DNA from: an uncultured virus (IMG/VR IMGVR_UViG_3300036766_001719)
Lineage: Duplodnaviria > Heunggongvirae > Uroviricota > Caudoviricetes
Virus record (IMG/VR): IMGVR_UViG_3300036766_001719
Length of the DNA stretch: 64,000 nt
Direction: 5' to 3' (one strand)
The number at the start of each line of letters is the position of its first letter. Position 1 is the stretch's first letter. Below, one piece after another: positions 1 to 9,699 of the stretch. The position numbers were made by a program, and so were the translations under genes. A model generated the notes under the pieces. It made no database searches, had not been told where the DNA came from, and saw nothing but the letters and a program-made list of their open reading frames with translations.

Positions 1-1806
1 TGTAGGTATATTTTCAATTACACTAGCTATATTTTGACTTCTTTTTGACGTACTGTGTTTTACTTTATGTAATTCGTCTAAAATAACAACACCAAAATGA
101 GCATTTTTTAAAGACTCAATGTTTCTTGAAACTTCATTCCCATGAGAGAAATTTTCATAATATACTACAGTCCATTTAGAAGGCTGCTGAGGATTTGTAG
201 AAATTTTTGAACTTTCTTCTTCTCCCATAACATTAATAATCTCTTCTACCCATTGTTTTTGAGTAGGTTTTAAAGTGATTACTAAAGTAGGCTTATCTTG
301 CTCTTGCATTCTCAATGCTGCTGCACTAATAAGCTCTAAAGTTTTGCCGACACCCGTGGCATCCCCTAATATTGCATGTTCTCTGCCATAAAGGAAAGCG
401 ACACCTTGTTTCTGAGCATCATATAACTCAAATTTACTTTCAGGAAGTTTCTCTTCAATGCTGTTCATGAAGTTTTCATCACTATCATATTGCCCTTCCC
501 AATTAGTCTTTTGAAGACCTCCACTTTGCAACTTATTAGTTAATATCTGTCTTAACTCTTCAACTTGATAATTAAACTTCTTTAATAATCTTCCTAAAAT
601 GATATATTGCTTATAATTTCCAGAAATGGTATATGTGTAATCATCTTTATTCCATTTATACTCTGGGAATGTATACTGAATTAACTGCTTGGCAAATGTC
701 TTTTGTTCTTCATTAAATTCACGGTAAGGTATCTTAACTTTAACTTTATCTCCACCTAAATCTTCAAATCCTATTTTCTTAAGTTGATCGGCTGAAGATG
801 TAGATTGAGTAGATTGAGTAGACTGGAACACATTATGCTGTGTAATAAATTCATCTAAATGACTAACATTCATCCCAGCTTCAGATATAGCACTCCTTAT
901 TTTGTCAAATAAATCCTTATCCGAAATACTTATCAAAAATCTTGGCGGTCCAGATTGATATGCAATTCCTCTAGGAGCCAGGCCATCTCGTTTCATTTTA
1001 TCAAATACAGCTTTACTCCTATCAAATGGCACATTAAACTTAATAGCTATCTTTTTGCCATAATTAGTATTCTCAAATCCAATAACTTCAACATCCCTAG
1101 CATTTGAAGTTTGTTGTTGAGTTTGTGAGGATTGCGATGCAGTTTGCGATGCAGCTTGGGCAGTGCCTTGTTGCTCAAATTCAACAGTCATTCCCTTATT
1201 TCTAAGTAAATTTAAAACGCCATCTAATACTTTTGGGTGTATCCAATAAATGTGCAAATTATTTCTGTCTGCTTGAAATAACCTAAACCGAGGAAAAGTT
1301 AAATTCCCGTAACGATCTTCTACTCTTTCTGCACCTTCTTCTTCAAATTTAGCATCAATTATCCTATTGATAGCTATTGTTAAAGACCTGTCTACGCCAT
1401 GTGGTATAAAAACTTTAAGTTTTCCATATTGTGCAGGACTATTATTATATACGACAACTTTATCGGTTGTCGTTATTTGTGCAACTTGTGAAAAATCAGC
1501 ATTAACTTTAGTGCTAATTTCGTCGTAATTAGGAACTTGTGTGTTTCTATAGTGCGATAATGTCCTTAGCATCCTAATTGCTAAAGGAGCAGGAATTGCA
1601 TTGCTAGAAAGCTCAGGATCATGGGCTATTTGTTGGAAAAATGAGTAGTCTTGATGATTAAAACCATAATCATTTCTAACGTTTGGAGCACCTCTGTTCC
1701 CCATCGACATGAAAGTAGTTTTAAGTAAACTAATGCCATCACCAGAAACAGTTTGTTGGTCTACCTCCAATAACATTCTATTTAAAAGCCAAGACTGATA
1801 ATCCAT
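1..1806 (-). CDS. SNF2/SF2-family helicase (N-terminal part, runs off window)
   Basis: Own translation from ATG 1806 (MDYQSWLLNRMLLE...) contains ELYDAQKQGV, motif I ILGDATGVGKT and motif II VVILDELH. Confidence 0.85.
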   Translation of the reverse strand, partial: MDYQSWLLNRMLLEVDQQTVSGDGISLLKTTFMSMGNRGAPNVRNDYGFNHQDYSFFQQIAHDPELSSNAIPAPLAIRMLRTLSHYRNTQVPNYDEISTKVNADFSQVAQITTTDKVVVYNNSPAQYGKLKVFIPHGVDRSLTIAINRIIDAKFEEEGAERVEDRYGNLTFPRFRLFQADRNNLHIYWIHPKVLDGVLNLLRNKGMTVEFEQQGTAQAASQTASQSSQTQQQTSNARDVEVIGFENTNYGKKIAIKFNVPFDRSKAVFDKMKRDGLAPRGIAYQSGPPRFLISISDKDLFDKIRSAISEAGMNVSHLDEFITQHNVFQSTQSTQSTSSADQLKKIGFEDLGGDKVKVKIPYREFNEEQKTFAKQLIQYTFPEYKWNKDDYTYTISGNYKQYIILGRLLKKFNYQVEELRQILTNKLQSGGLQKTNWEGQYDSDENFMNSIEEKLPESKFELYDAQKQGVAFLYGREHAILGDATGVGKTLELISAAALRMQEQDKPTLVITLKPTQKQWVEEIINVMGEEESSKISTNPQQPSKWTVVYYENFSHGNEVSRNIESLKNAHFGVVILDELHKVKHSTSKRSQNIASVIENIPT

Positions 1807-1851
1807 GTCCATTATAAATATATAGAATTATTACTAAATTATTGGAGAGCA

Positions 1852-2100
1852 ATGAATCCTTTTAAAAAGTTCATAGAAGATCGAAAACATGCTTCTTTTA
1901 AGACATTTAAAGAAGCAGAAGAATATCTTAACACTAGAAGTTCTGGCCACGGAAGGATTTTATGTACTTGTGGAGCTTACATGAGAGGGTGTAGGTGTTT
2001 GCACGGAAACTCTCTACCGCCAGTTTATGTAGAAAATGGATGTGAAAACTGTGGCGGACCTGGCAATGGATGGAACAAACTTATTAAACCAACCAAGTGA
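1852..2100 (+). CDS. small Cys-rich hypothetical protein
   Basis: ORF with GGAG RBS; CxC and CxxC motifs; MNPFKKFIE N-terminus. Confidence 0.6.
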   Translation: MNPFKKFIEDRKHASFKTFKEAEEYLNTRSSGHGRILCTCGAYMRGCRCLHGNSLPPVYVENGCENCGGPGNGWNKLIKPTK

Positions 2101-2108
2101 AGTATCGT

Positions 2109-2771
2109 TTAATCATCTGCTTTCCACCATTTAACTTGCTTATCTTTTTCTGATTTTACATAAAAAAGAAATAAACCAGTTCTATCATACAAATTTCCTT
2201 CTATTACTGCCATTGAATTATAATCTACATTACTATCATGCCATTGTCGGGCCGTAACATGCTCTCCCAATAGCCATCTAGAAAGACAGGAATTTTGTCG
2301 GTAATTCTCTTTATGCTTTCTTGACCATCCCTTACAAGGATTAACCTTATCAACTCTCTGATTTACAAATTTATTAGTAGGGGTATAAATGACTACTTTC
2401 TGAATAGCATAAGTAGGTATTTTGCCAGTGTAAAGACAAACACCTGTATCCTGTAAGGATTTTTTCCACTGTTTTTTAGGTATTTTTTCATTAAAAGGAG
2501 CAAAACAATCAATAAATAATGCTTCTATATCAATTTCAATTAATCCCCACCTTGTACTTTTACTTTTATTAGCAAAATATCCGGCATATGTATTCGTTAA
2601 AAAAATAGGTGGCTCCAATCCCTTGACCGGAGCCACTTTCGCTATTTCTTCAGATGTTCCTATGTAAAGTATTTTTTTACCACTTACACAAGTGTTCTCC
2701 CCTAGTGTTTTCTTCTTCATGGTAATCCTTACTCCTTTGAAAACCATTGCAATTTTTACTAACCATTCCAA
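2109..2771 (-). CDS. hypothetical protein, possibly degenerate ADP-ribosyltransferase (Tpt1/KptA-like) fold
   Basis: LYIGTS...PIFLT...LIEID...YTGKIP pattern; true start probably 2720 (MKKK). Confidence 0.35.
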   Translation of the reverse strand: MEWLVKIAMVFKGVRITMKKKTLGENTCVSGKKILYIGTSEEIAKVAPVKGLEPPIFLTNTYAGYFANKSKSTRWGLIEIDIEALFIDCFAPFNEKIPKKQWKKSLQDTGVCLYTGKIPTYAIQKVVIYTPTNKFVNQRVDKVNPCKGWSRKHKENYRQNSCLSRWLLGEHVTARQWHDSNVDYNSMAVIEGNLYDRTGLFLFYVKSEKDKQVKWWKADD

Positions 2772-3183
2772 GCCAACTGTTCCCCATTAAGGTTCCAAGT
2801 TCAGCAGAACAAAGTCCCATAGCTGATTGAATTACCAAAAAAATTTCTTGTGCTATTAACTTTATTGGTGCTACAACTTCGAGCAAATAAAGCAACCTTT
2901 TTGTCCTGTTCGTCAGCATATCACGATAGTAAGATTCATTGTTAACACGCATAGCCATTACCTTTTCAAATTTTTGTAATAACGAATAAGATGTTCTCCA
3001 CTTACGACTTTTAGAAGTCGAAGTTTTTGCAGCAACCTTTGGCCTTTCACGCTTAATAGTTTTCACTTCATTCAAATAAACTTCGGCTTCCAGCCAAAAA
3101 CTAATACCATCACTTTGAGGATATCCAGCCTCTTCCCACTTCTGGTAAGCCAATTCACGAATTTCCTGCTCGCACATAGCCAT
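2677..3183 (-). CDS. DUF2934-domain protein
   Basis: EQEIRELAYQKWEEAGYPQSDGISFWLEAE. Confidence 0.75.
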   Translation of the reverse strand: MAMCEQEIRELAYQKWEEAGYPQSDGISFWLEAEVYLNEVKTIKRERPKVAAKTSTSKSRKWRTSYSLLQKFEKVMAMRVNNESYYRDMLTNRTKRLLYLLEVVAPIKLIAQEIFLVIQSAMGLCSAELGTLMGNSWLGMVSKNCNGFQRSKDYHEEENTRGEHLCKW

Positions 3184-3212
3184 CCTTTCAAAAAAGTTAG
3201 AAATCTGTCCTT

Positions 3213-3241
3213 ATTATACTTACTTTTCCCTAGATTGTCAA
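3213..3241 (-). promoter_or_regulatory. sigma-70 consensus promoter
   Basis: Minus strand TTGACA-N17-TATAAT upstream of the DUF2934 gene. Confidence 0.85.
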
Positions 3242-3267
3242 GTTATAAACGCAGATTGCTTAACAAC

Positions 3268-3588
3268 TTACAGACAATCAATCAGAGCTTTAGCATTATC
3301 TTTGCCAAGTTTTTCTACCAAACTTTTCGCTACCTTAACTGCTTCGAGAATTCTATCAGTTTGCTTCGCAGAGTTAATAGCTTCTTCTTCTACCCTCTTC
3401 CTAGCTTCGGCTGTTTGGTTCTTCCTGTACTGACTTCTTGCAGAGTAAAATGGCGGGTCGGTGATTGATACGCCATATTGCTTATTTACCCACGATTTCA
3501 CTTCAACAAATGTAGCTTCAGCACCTAACGCTTCGATAGCTTCCAAAATACATTCCTTCTTAGACTTCTTGGCTTTCGTTATGACCAT
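3268..3588 (-). CDS. small basic putative DNA-binding protein
   Basis: Winged-helix-like N-terminus plus helical C-terminus (AVKVAKSLVEKLG). Confidence 0.5.
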   Translation of the reverse strand: MVITKAKKSKKECILEAIEALGAEATFVEVKSWVNKQYGVSITDPPFYSARSQYRKNQTAEARKRVEEEAINSAKQTDRILEAVKVAKSLVEKLGKDNAKALIDCL

Positions 3589-4229
3589 TGCAATTTCCCT
3601 TTCTTTGCCTTTTGCTTAATCTTGACAAAACAATCTTTCTTGCTGTCATAATAAGCGAAAAGACGAACCTTAAAAGCACTTAAATCCCACACACAACCAC
3701 TAGCACAATCCCAACCATAAAACCACATAGATGTAAGCCGTTTCACCCGCAAATAAGGAATAATCTCAATACCACTATATTTCTCCCTTACTGCTTGCCA
3801 ATTTATCGAACTATGATGTAACAAAAAAGATGGAGAAAAATTATTTTCCGGGTGATAAAAATATTCTTTTTCAAATCGCTCAAATTCTTCAACATTTGAT
3901 ATACAAAGAATTTTATTTTTATCTATTTCAACTTCGTACAAATAATTCCTAATCCAGCCAATTTCTTCTGACAAACACCATTTAAGCCAATCGCCATTAT
4001 AATCATACCATAGTCCTATTGGCTTTCCAAAAATCAATTCATTTTCTTTTCTTTCTTTCCACTTATCAGAACTAATAATCAAATTACCATCAATAGAATT
4101 ATGAAATCGTCTTTCTCCCGACAACGAGGAAAGCAACTTCTCAACGGCCAAGTTTATGTTTTTCTCTTTTTCCATGATTAGTTCTATAACTAATGTAACC
4201 GTCAAATCCTTCTGTAGTTTCTTCTTCAA
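3579..4229 (-). CDS. conserved phage protein, possible ADP-ribosyltransferase-like fold
   Basis: RFHNS, KPIGLWY, INWQAVREKYSGIEI, WFYGWDCASGCVWD motifs; start likely 4175. Confidence 0.4.
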   Translation of the reverse strand: MKKKLQKDLTVTLVIELIMEKEKNINLAVEKLLSSLSGERRFHNSIDGNLIISSDKWKERKENELIFGKPIGLWYDYNGDWLKWCLSEEIGWIRNYLYEVEIDKNKILCISNVEEFERFEKEYFYHPENNFSPSFLLHHSSINWQAVREKYSGIEIIPYLRVKRLTSMWFYGWDCASGCVWDLSAFKVRLFAYYDSKKDCFVKIKQKAKKGKLQWS

Positions 4230-4395
4230 AAATAGAAGAATAGTTATCGACTATTTCAACTTCTAAATCATAATGCCTAATTTCATAGTCTTTGTATTTT
4301 CTACGATCATCTTTATCATAGATGCGAAAAAATAATTCGCCATCTATCCCTCTAAGTAAAAAACCTTTTACTTTATGTGCAGGTGTTTCTTTCAT
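4141..4395 (-). CDS. hypothetical protein
   Basis: ORF in tightly overlapping operon. Confidence 0.55.
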   Translation of the reverse strand: MKETPAHKVKGFLLRGIDGELFFRIYDKDDRRKYKDYEIRHYDLEVEIVDNYSSIFEEETTEGFDGYISYRTNHGKREKHKLGR

Positions 4396-4625
4396 ATGCC
4401 ATAGCCGTGCTTTTTCGATGGTTCAACTGTAAGTTTGCCCATCTTTTTAACTTCTACTTCATACCCCTCAAATTCAGTAGGATATTTACGTTTCGATTTT
4501 TTGATAGTGTAAATTATGATTTTTTCTGGAATTCTTCCTTTAGTATATCCGATACACTGAATATTGGAATCTTTGCCCAGAAATACATGCAACTTGTCTA
4601 TTGCTTTAGATGCCGTCATACCCAT
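4392..4625 (-). CDS. hypothetical protein
   Basis: ORF in operon. Confidence 0.5.
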   Translation of the reverse strand: MGMTASKAIDKLHVFLGKDSNIQCIGYTKGRIPEKIIIYTIKKSKRKYPTEFEGYEVEVKKMGKLTVEPSKKHGYGI

Positions 4626-4628
4626 ATT

Positions 4629-4946
4629 TTACTTGCTGGATGACTTCTGTAAAGAGAGATTTCGATATCTTTCCAACATTTGAATGAGTAATTCCGCATC
4701 TTGGGGTTTAATCAAGAAAGTATCCCAATCGCCATATTGGGAACGATATCCAAAAATGTACTTTATCGCAATCCAAGCTCTTTTCCAAATATTCATGTAT
4801 TGTGAAAGATAAATTGAAACATACATTTCTGGGATGTCGTGATTTTTCAAAGCTTCCGTATCAAATGAAAATTTCAAGACATGCTCATCGCTATGGCACC
4901 GACATTCAAACCATTCCGTTTCATAGCCAGTTTCTTTATCTAACAT
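4629..4946 (-). CDS. hypothetical protein
   Basis: ORF with GGAG RBS; CxC-H motif. Confidence 0.6.
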   Translation of the reverse strand: MLDKETGYETEWFECRCHSDEHVLKFSFDTEALKNHDIPEMYVSIYLSQYMNIWKRAWIAIKYIFGYRSQYGDWDTFLIKPQDAELLIQMLERYRNLSLQKSSSK

Positions 4947-4971
4947 TGCATCTCCATTACTAACTAAATAT

Positions 4972-5547
4972 ATGAAAACTTTTATGGATTGGGTGCAAGA
5001 TCAAAAAATACTTTACATTATGCGTGGACCTTCGGGGACAGGAAAATCAACCACTGCTCGCAGTCTAGTCAACAATGATCCTACAAAAATATTTTCATCA
5101 GATGATTTTTTTTATTTAGAACCAAGCCCAGGACCATATGATTTTCGGCATCCAGAGACTTACAACCACGAAGTTTACAAAAAAAATTGGAATGTAAATA
5201 AGTTATATGCAGCGCATCAATGGAATTTAAGGCGGGCAGAAGATGCAATGAACAAAGGTATTTCTCCCATAGTGATAGACAACACTAATTTGAGACAAAG
5301 AGAGGCAAAGCCTTATGCTGAATTGGCTCAAACATATAATTACAATATTGAAATAAAGGAGCCAGAATCAATTGAGTGGAAGGAAACATTGCCTTTATTA
5401 CAAGACAAAAAAACTAATCAAAGCGAAATAGAGTCCCAAGCTGATAAATTTACTCGAAATTTACATGGCGTACCAAAAGACACAATTGTAAAAATGTTAC
5501 ACAAATACCAACCTTATACAACACAGGATTTACAAAATAAAGGCTAG
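4972..5547 (+). CDS. P-loop kinase, AAA_33 / N4BP2-like polynucleotide kinase
   Basis: LYIMRGPSGTGKST, FSSDDFF, AHQWN, IVIDNTN, RNLHGVP. Confidence 0.85.
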   Translation: MKTFMDWVQDQKILYIMRGPSGTGKSTTARSLVNNDPTKIFSSDDFFYLEPSPGPYDFRHPETYNHEVYKKNWNVNKLYAAHQWNLRRAEDAMNKGISPIVIDNTNLRQREAKPYAELAQTYNYNIEIKEPESIEWKETLPLLQDKKTNQSEIESQADKFTRNLHGVPKDTIVKMLHKYQPYTTQDLQNKG

Positions 5548-5570
5548 GATAATTTATCCTAGCCTTTATT
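5536..5570. terminator. bidirectional intrinsic terminator
   Basis: AATAAAGGCTAGGATA-ATT-TATCCTAGCCTTTATT perfect inverted repeat between convergent genes. Confidence 0.8.
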
Positions 5571-5577
5571 GATAACA

Positions 5578-6477
5578 CTATTTCTTTTTAACGCCAAGAA
5601 TGGATTTTGCTTCATCCAAAAGCCTAGTATTCTTAGCCTCTGGCGTATCATTAACCCCAAACTTAGTCTTACTTGGGAATTTAACAGGCTTGATAACCAA
5701 GAAAATTGCTTTTAGTTGGTCGATACTATGAACATAAGTACATACACGTTGCAAAAATCCCTTTTTCACAGTCACATTCAACTTTTGTTCAATAAGCTGC
5801 TTAGATTCCTCTTCTGTGATTGGTTCCATCTCCATCAACTCTTCCTTCGTTCTACACCCCAATAATCCAAGAACCTTAGCAGCCAAAGCCTGTTCATTTT
5901 CTGAGGCTTCAACGAAGGTCCGATTTTTACCTTCACCTTCATAGTGGCCAAACACTAACTTACTTAAATCAATAGTAGTTTTGGGATTCAAGTCAAGTTC
6001 ATTATTTACAAATCTGAAAGCTGACGCTTCTGCATCAGCTTGATCCATGTCTGTTGCAACAAACAACTCAGTAAACTTTTCAATCAAAACTTGCTCAAGT
6101 TCTTTATCTTCTGGAACTTCCGGCAAATCTAAGCAAAATCTTTCTTGGACCTGAAAGATAGATTGAACATCAGGAACGCCATCTTTATCAGCAGTAATAT
6201 ATGGATTCGGCGGCGGAGATTTTGTTTTCCAAAGTTTTTCCACCCAAATTTCAAAAACACCTTCGCTTAAACTGCCTTTTTCCTGTTCCAATCGAGCTTC
6301 AATTACTTCGGAAAGCGCAAAGGCACCAGCAAATCTCTTAAAAGTCTCACTAAGAGATTCATTCAATTCAAATTCTGGTCGATTTGCCCTATTATCTGAT
6401 TTCTTGGGAGCAACCTTAGCTCCAGAAGTGATTTTAGTCAGAAGTGCTTTGGCAGAAGTGCTTTGCGTCGATTTCAT
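5578..6477 (-). CDS. hypothetical protein
   Basis: 299-aa ORF with AGGAG RBS. Confidence 0.7.
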   Translation of the reverse strand: MKSTQSTSAKALLTKITSGAKVAPKKSDNRANRPEFELNESLSETFKRFAGAFALSEVIEARLEQEKGSLSEGVFEIWVEKLWKTKSPPPNPYITADKDGVPDVQSIFQVQERFCLDLPEVPEDKELEQVLIEKFTELFVATDMDQADAEASAFRFVNNELDLNPKTTIDLSKLVFGHYEGEGKNRTFVEASENEQALAAKVLGLLGCRTKEELMEMEPITEEESKQLIEQKLNVTVKKGFLQRVCTYVHSIDQLKAIFLVIKPVKFPSKTKFGVNDTPEAKNTRLLDEAKSILGVKKK

Positions 6478-6519
6478 TATAAAGTTCTCCTGGTTAACAT
6501 TGATTTCTCTACAAGCATT

Positions 6520-7500
6520 TTACTTGAGAAATGACAGTTGTAAACCTTTTTTTGAGAACCTTTCAAAGAATTGATCTGAAATCTTGGCAATTCTTGATTT
6601 TTCTTGCAAATCTTGAATCAAATTATCTGGAAGTGTTTCAATGCCATTTAACGCACCAAATAACGCACCAATCATCGAAGCATTGGAATCAGTGTCCCCA
6701 CCGGCAGATATACATTCATACATACAATCAATACTTGTTGGATTTCTTAAAAAGAAAGCATAAGAAAATGGCAATGAATTATAAACATATGGTGATCCCC
6801 CACCAAATTTATCAACTATTTCTTGTATTGATGTGTTCTCATCGACTTTATCTAACAGTTTTATCCTATCGGTTATATCATCTTGCAAAGTTTCAGCACA
6901 AAAAACTCTACCACGTTCACTCACCTTTGCAACATAATTAATAAAGCCATTCTTAGTAAACTTATCTGGACTTGATTTCAAGCAATAATAAACCGCAAAG
7001 CATTGTGCAAAACAACTGGATATCGCCACACTTGTTCTATGTGTCATTGCAGAAAAATTCGCAAGGTCTTGAAGATATGACTGATTAAGACCCTGCATAG
7101 CAAAATACGCCCCCAAAGGAGCACATTTCATAGCAACGCCATTGCCAACACCTTTTACTTTTCCATTTTTATTAGTTAGATTGCCAGATTCTTTCCAGTG
7201 GACGCCATTTTTAAGATTTAAAACAGCTTCTCTTGTTGTGCTTCCCCACCCTGCAACTGTCTTACAATATTCTTTAACGTGATTTTCTGCAACCTTATCA
7301 AGATTAATATTTCCAGTCTCAATTAAAGCTTCGGCTATCGTTAGGGTCAATTGCGTATCATCGGTAGTACGACCTACACTAAATTCTATCTTCTTATCTT
7401 TCATGCTGCTATAAGGCTCGTTTTCAAACTTGGACCCCAAAGCATCCCCTAGCCCAATGCCAAAAAACATCCCTTTAATTTTTTCCACAATATTTTTCAT
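6520..7500 (-). CDS. ADP-ribosylglycohydrolase (DraG/ARH family)
   Basis: GDALG, TTDDTQLT, GNGVAMK, MTH, GGDTDSNASMIGAL. Confidence 0.93.
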   Translation of the reverse strand: MKNIVEKIKGMFFGIGLGDALGSKFENEPYSSMKDKKIEFSVGRTTDDTQLTLTIAEALIETGNINLDKVAENHVKEYCKTVAGWGSTTREAVLNLKNGVHWKESGNLTNKNGKVKGVGNGVAMKCAPLGAYFAMQGLNQSYLQDLANFSAMTHRTSVAISSCFAQCFAVYYCLKSSPDKFTKNGFINYVAKVSERGRVFCAETLQDDITDRIKLLDKVDENTSIQEIVDKFGGGSPYVYNSLPFSYAFFLRNPTSIDCMYECISAGGDTDSNASMIGALFGALNGIETLPDNLIQDLQEKSRIAKISDQFFERFSKKGLQLSFLK

Positions 7501-7852
7501 AAGAGTGTTTGGTCACTAATCTGCACATCTCAACAAATTTATCCAGAGGAAAATCACTTCGCATTAAGTTTATATATTTGTGCGTCCATTGAATATTGTC
7601 TTTTTCATAACCTCTTGAACAATCTATGCGGTCTAAGGATGCAGTCTGGTTCTTATAACTACCTTTTGGTCCAAATAAATTAAGTTTTTGTCCAGTTAAT
7701 TCACAACAACCATTTTGTTTAATAAATTGTTTCCATGCATCTTCTATAGAAATGTCAAAAGATAAACCTCTTTCTTTGGCACCAGTTTTAAGATGCGTCC
7801 AATATCGACCACTTATATCTTCAAAGCCTTTCCCTCGTAAATCTTTTTACAT
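7475..7852 (-). pseudogene. HNH-type endonuclease with stop at codon 2 (ATG TAA) or expressed by frameshift; absent from ORF track
   Basis: Translation ...GFEDISGRYWTHLKTGAKERG...KQNGCCELTG...TASLDRIDCSRGYEKDNIQWTHKYINLM, paralogous to 58742..59305. Confidence 0.75.
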
Positions 7853-7983
7853 TCTAGAATTAAGGTTTTCCTCTCTTCATCGGAAAACCATTCTGGAATC
7901 CTAAGACTTAACGGAATCCTTTGACTGCAATATATGAAAACGTCACTTTTGGAGTGGTTATCACCTATAACTTTAACTTCCAC
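7813..7983 (-). CDS. 56-aa hypothetical ORF overlapping the HNH frame
   Basis: GTG directly after upstream stop; VEVKVIGDNH...LECKKIYEGKALKI. Confidence 0.4.
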   Translation of the reverse strand: MEVKVIGDNHSKSDVFIYCSQRIPLSLRIPEWFSDEERKTLILECKKIYEGKALKI

Positions 7984-8658
7984 TTAAGCCTTCCTAATAA
8001 TTACCTTTTTAGCATCTCCTTCAATATTGAACTTTTTACCACCAATGCCGCCTCTTTGCAAGACATATTGTGTAATTCTAACATTATCATAAGAATCAAC
8101 AGTATATCTTGACAATAAATTTGCTAATGGCTTTTTAGTAACTACTAGAGAATTGCCCATTGTATCCAAAGAAATATAGGCAGTATCCCCATTCTTAAAT
8201 CCTAATGCCCTTAGGAACATAGAAGGGATACAAAGCGTATTCCTGCCATCTACACCATAAGGCTCATCTTCTTCATCATCCCCATCACTATCGTCCGATG
8301 TAGCGCCATTACTAGCAACAGCATCGTTTGGATCACTTTGCACTTGACCATATTGAGTAGGATCAGCCGACATAGGATGATACAAAAATGGTTGCGGACT
8401 CACATTAAGATTCACAGCAACACTACGGGTATAATCTGGTCCCATAACACCTGAATCATAAAGTTTATGAACTACTTTCTTAACTTCGTTGTGAAACACT
8501 CGTCCAGAACTTTGCTTCCTTACAGCAGTAGTTACATCAAAAGCAGTGAAAAGTTCATTTTTCTGAACTTTATCAGAAACAGTTTGTTCAATTAATTGTT
8601 GAGTAGCAGTATCACACATAGTATTTTCCTTTCTTTTCTTGTTTATTAAAGTTTCCAC
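7984..8658 (-). CDS. putative DNA-binding protein (winged helix plus AbrB-like C-terminal domain)
   Basis: FTAFDVT...VHKLY N-domain; VDGRNTLCIPSMFLRALG AbrB-like motif; start likely 8619. Confidence 0.55.
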   Translation of the reverse strand: METLINKKRKENTMCDTATQQLIEQTVSDKVQKNELFTAFDVTTAVRKQSSGRVFHNEVKKVVHKLYDSGVMGPDYTRSVAVNLNVSPQPFLYHPMSADPTQYGQVQSDPNDAVASNGATSDDSDGDDEEDEPYGVDGRNTLCIPSMFLRALGFKNGDTAYISLDTMGNSLVVTKKPLANLLSRYTVDSYDNVRITQYVLQRGGIGGKKFNIEGDAKKVIIRKA

Positions 8659-9656
8659 TTGTAAGCCAAACTAGCGACAGGAGATGGTCCTATAATTTCA
8701 TAAAATAACTTTGCTTGCGATTGAGGGAATTCAATTCTCCAACCTGTACCGTCACTATATGGTTTGACTCTGCATTTCAAATTAAACTTCTCACGCATCT
8801 TGTTACAAAGCCATTCTTGATCTTCTTTACTAAAAGATTCCGAACACATTGTAATCACTACTTGCTTAATTACAGATTCTTTTCTTCTCCAATAAGCGCT
8901 CCCATCATCCAAAAACCAATGTAAAAGTACTGTTGGAGTTAAAATGATATCTCTTGGAACAAGCTTAATAAAATTATTATTTTCTGGATACCATTTATTA
9001 AAATAAGGCTTTAATTCTTTATGTGACAAGGTACTAAAGCAAAAACATTGATGCCATTTTCCATTAGTATTATGCCACTCTTCTTTTATTCTTTCTTTGC
9101 CAGCGATTCCGCACAAAATATTTGCAACACACAAAACATGATCGTAGAATTTGTTCCTTTTTCTAAATTTAGGATAAGATTTTTCGCTTTTCTCATTCCA
9201 AATATTCATCATAGCATCACCCAATAAAGTTCCAGTTATTACTTCTTCATTCAAAATAAATCCATCATCTTTTCTATTGCATGTTAGGCCATCACTTATA
9301 CATCTAACTTCAATTCCATTCCTAATTAATGCTTGCCTTACTGAATTGGCGGTTTTTGCCCCAACTAATTCAGTAATAACGTTAGTAGAACACTTTTCAA
9401 CCTCATATTTCTGTTGCAACCAATCTTTGTCATTAAGTAAAGGATATTTCCTACAACCATATCCTTTTTTACTTCTAATTCTGAAACTATCCAAACAAGC
9501 CCTTACTGATATCCCATGTAATCTTAAAGCCCTTATAACTGTCCCAAATGCCGAGCCAATTAATTTTGCTATCTGTTTAGCAGACAGTTCTTCAACCACA
9601 TACTTCTTATACAGCCAATCTTTGTCATTCAATAAAGAATATTTCTTCGATATCAT
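8646..9656 (-). CDS. LAGLIDADG homing endonuclease with duplicated N-terminal HTH
   Basis: GTLLGDA and LHWFLDDGS; two KYxLLNDKDWL repeats. Confidence 0.85.
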   Translation of the reverse strand: MISKKYSLLNDKDWLYKKYVVEELSAKQIAKLIGSAFGTVIRALRLHGISVRACLDSFRIRSKKGYGCRKYPLLNDKDWLQQKYEVEKCSTNVITELVGAKTANSVRQALIRNGIEVRCISDGLTCNRKDDGFILNEEVITGTLLGDAMMNIWNEKSEKSYPKFRKRNKFYDHVLCVANILCGIAGKERIKEEWHNTNGKWHQCFCFSTLSHKELKPYFNKWYPENNNFIKLVPRDIILTPTVLLHWFLDDGSAYWRRKESVIKQVVITMCSESFSKEDQEWLCNKMREKFNLKCRVKPYSDGTGWRIEFPQSQAKLFYEIIGPSPVASLAYKWKL

Positions 9657-9699
9657 TGTATACTCCTATTTATAATATATAGGAGTATACTTTGCTTAT

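Noticed and set aside
8646..9656. Introns or inteins around the LAGLIDADG genes (also 60657..61499)
   Set aside because: Flanking genes are complete and no splice motifs are visible; the endonucleases are free-standing
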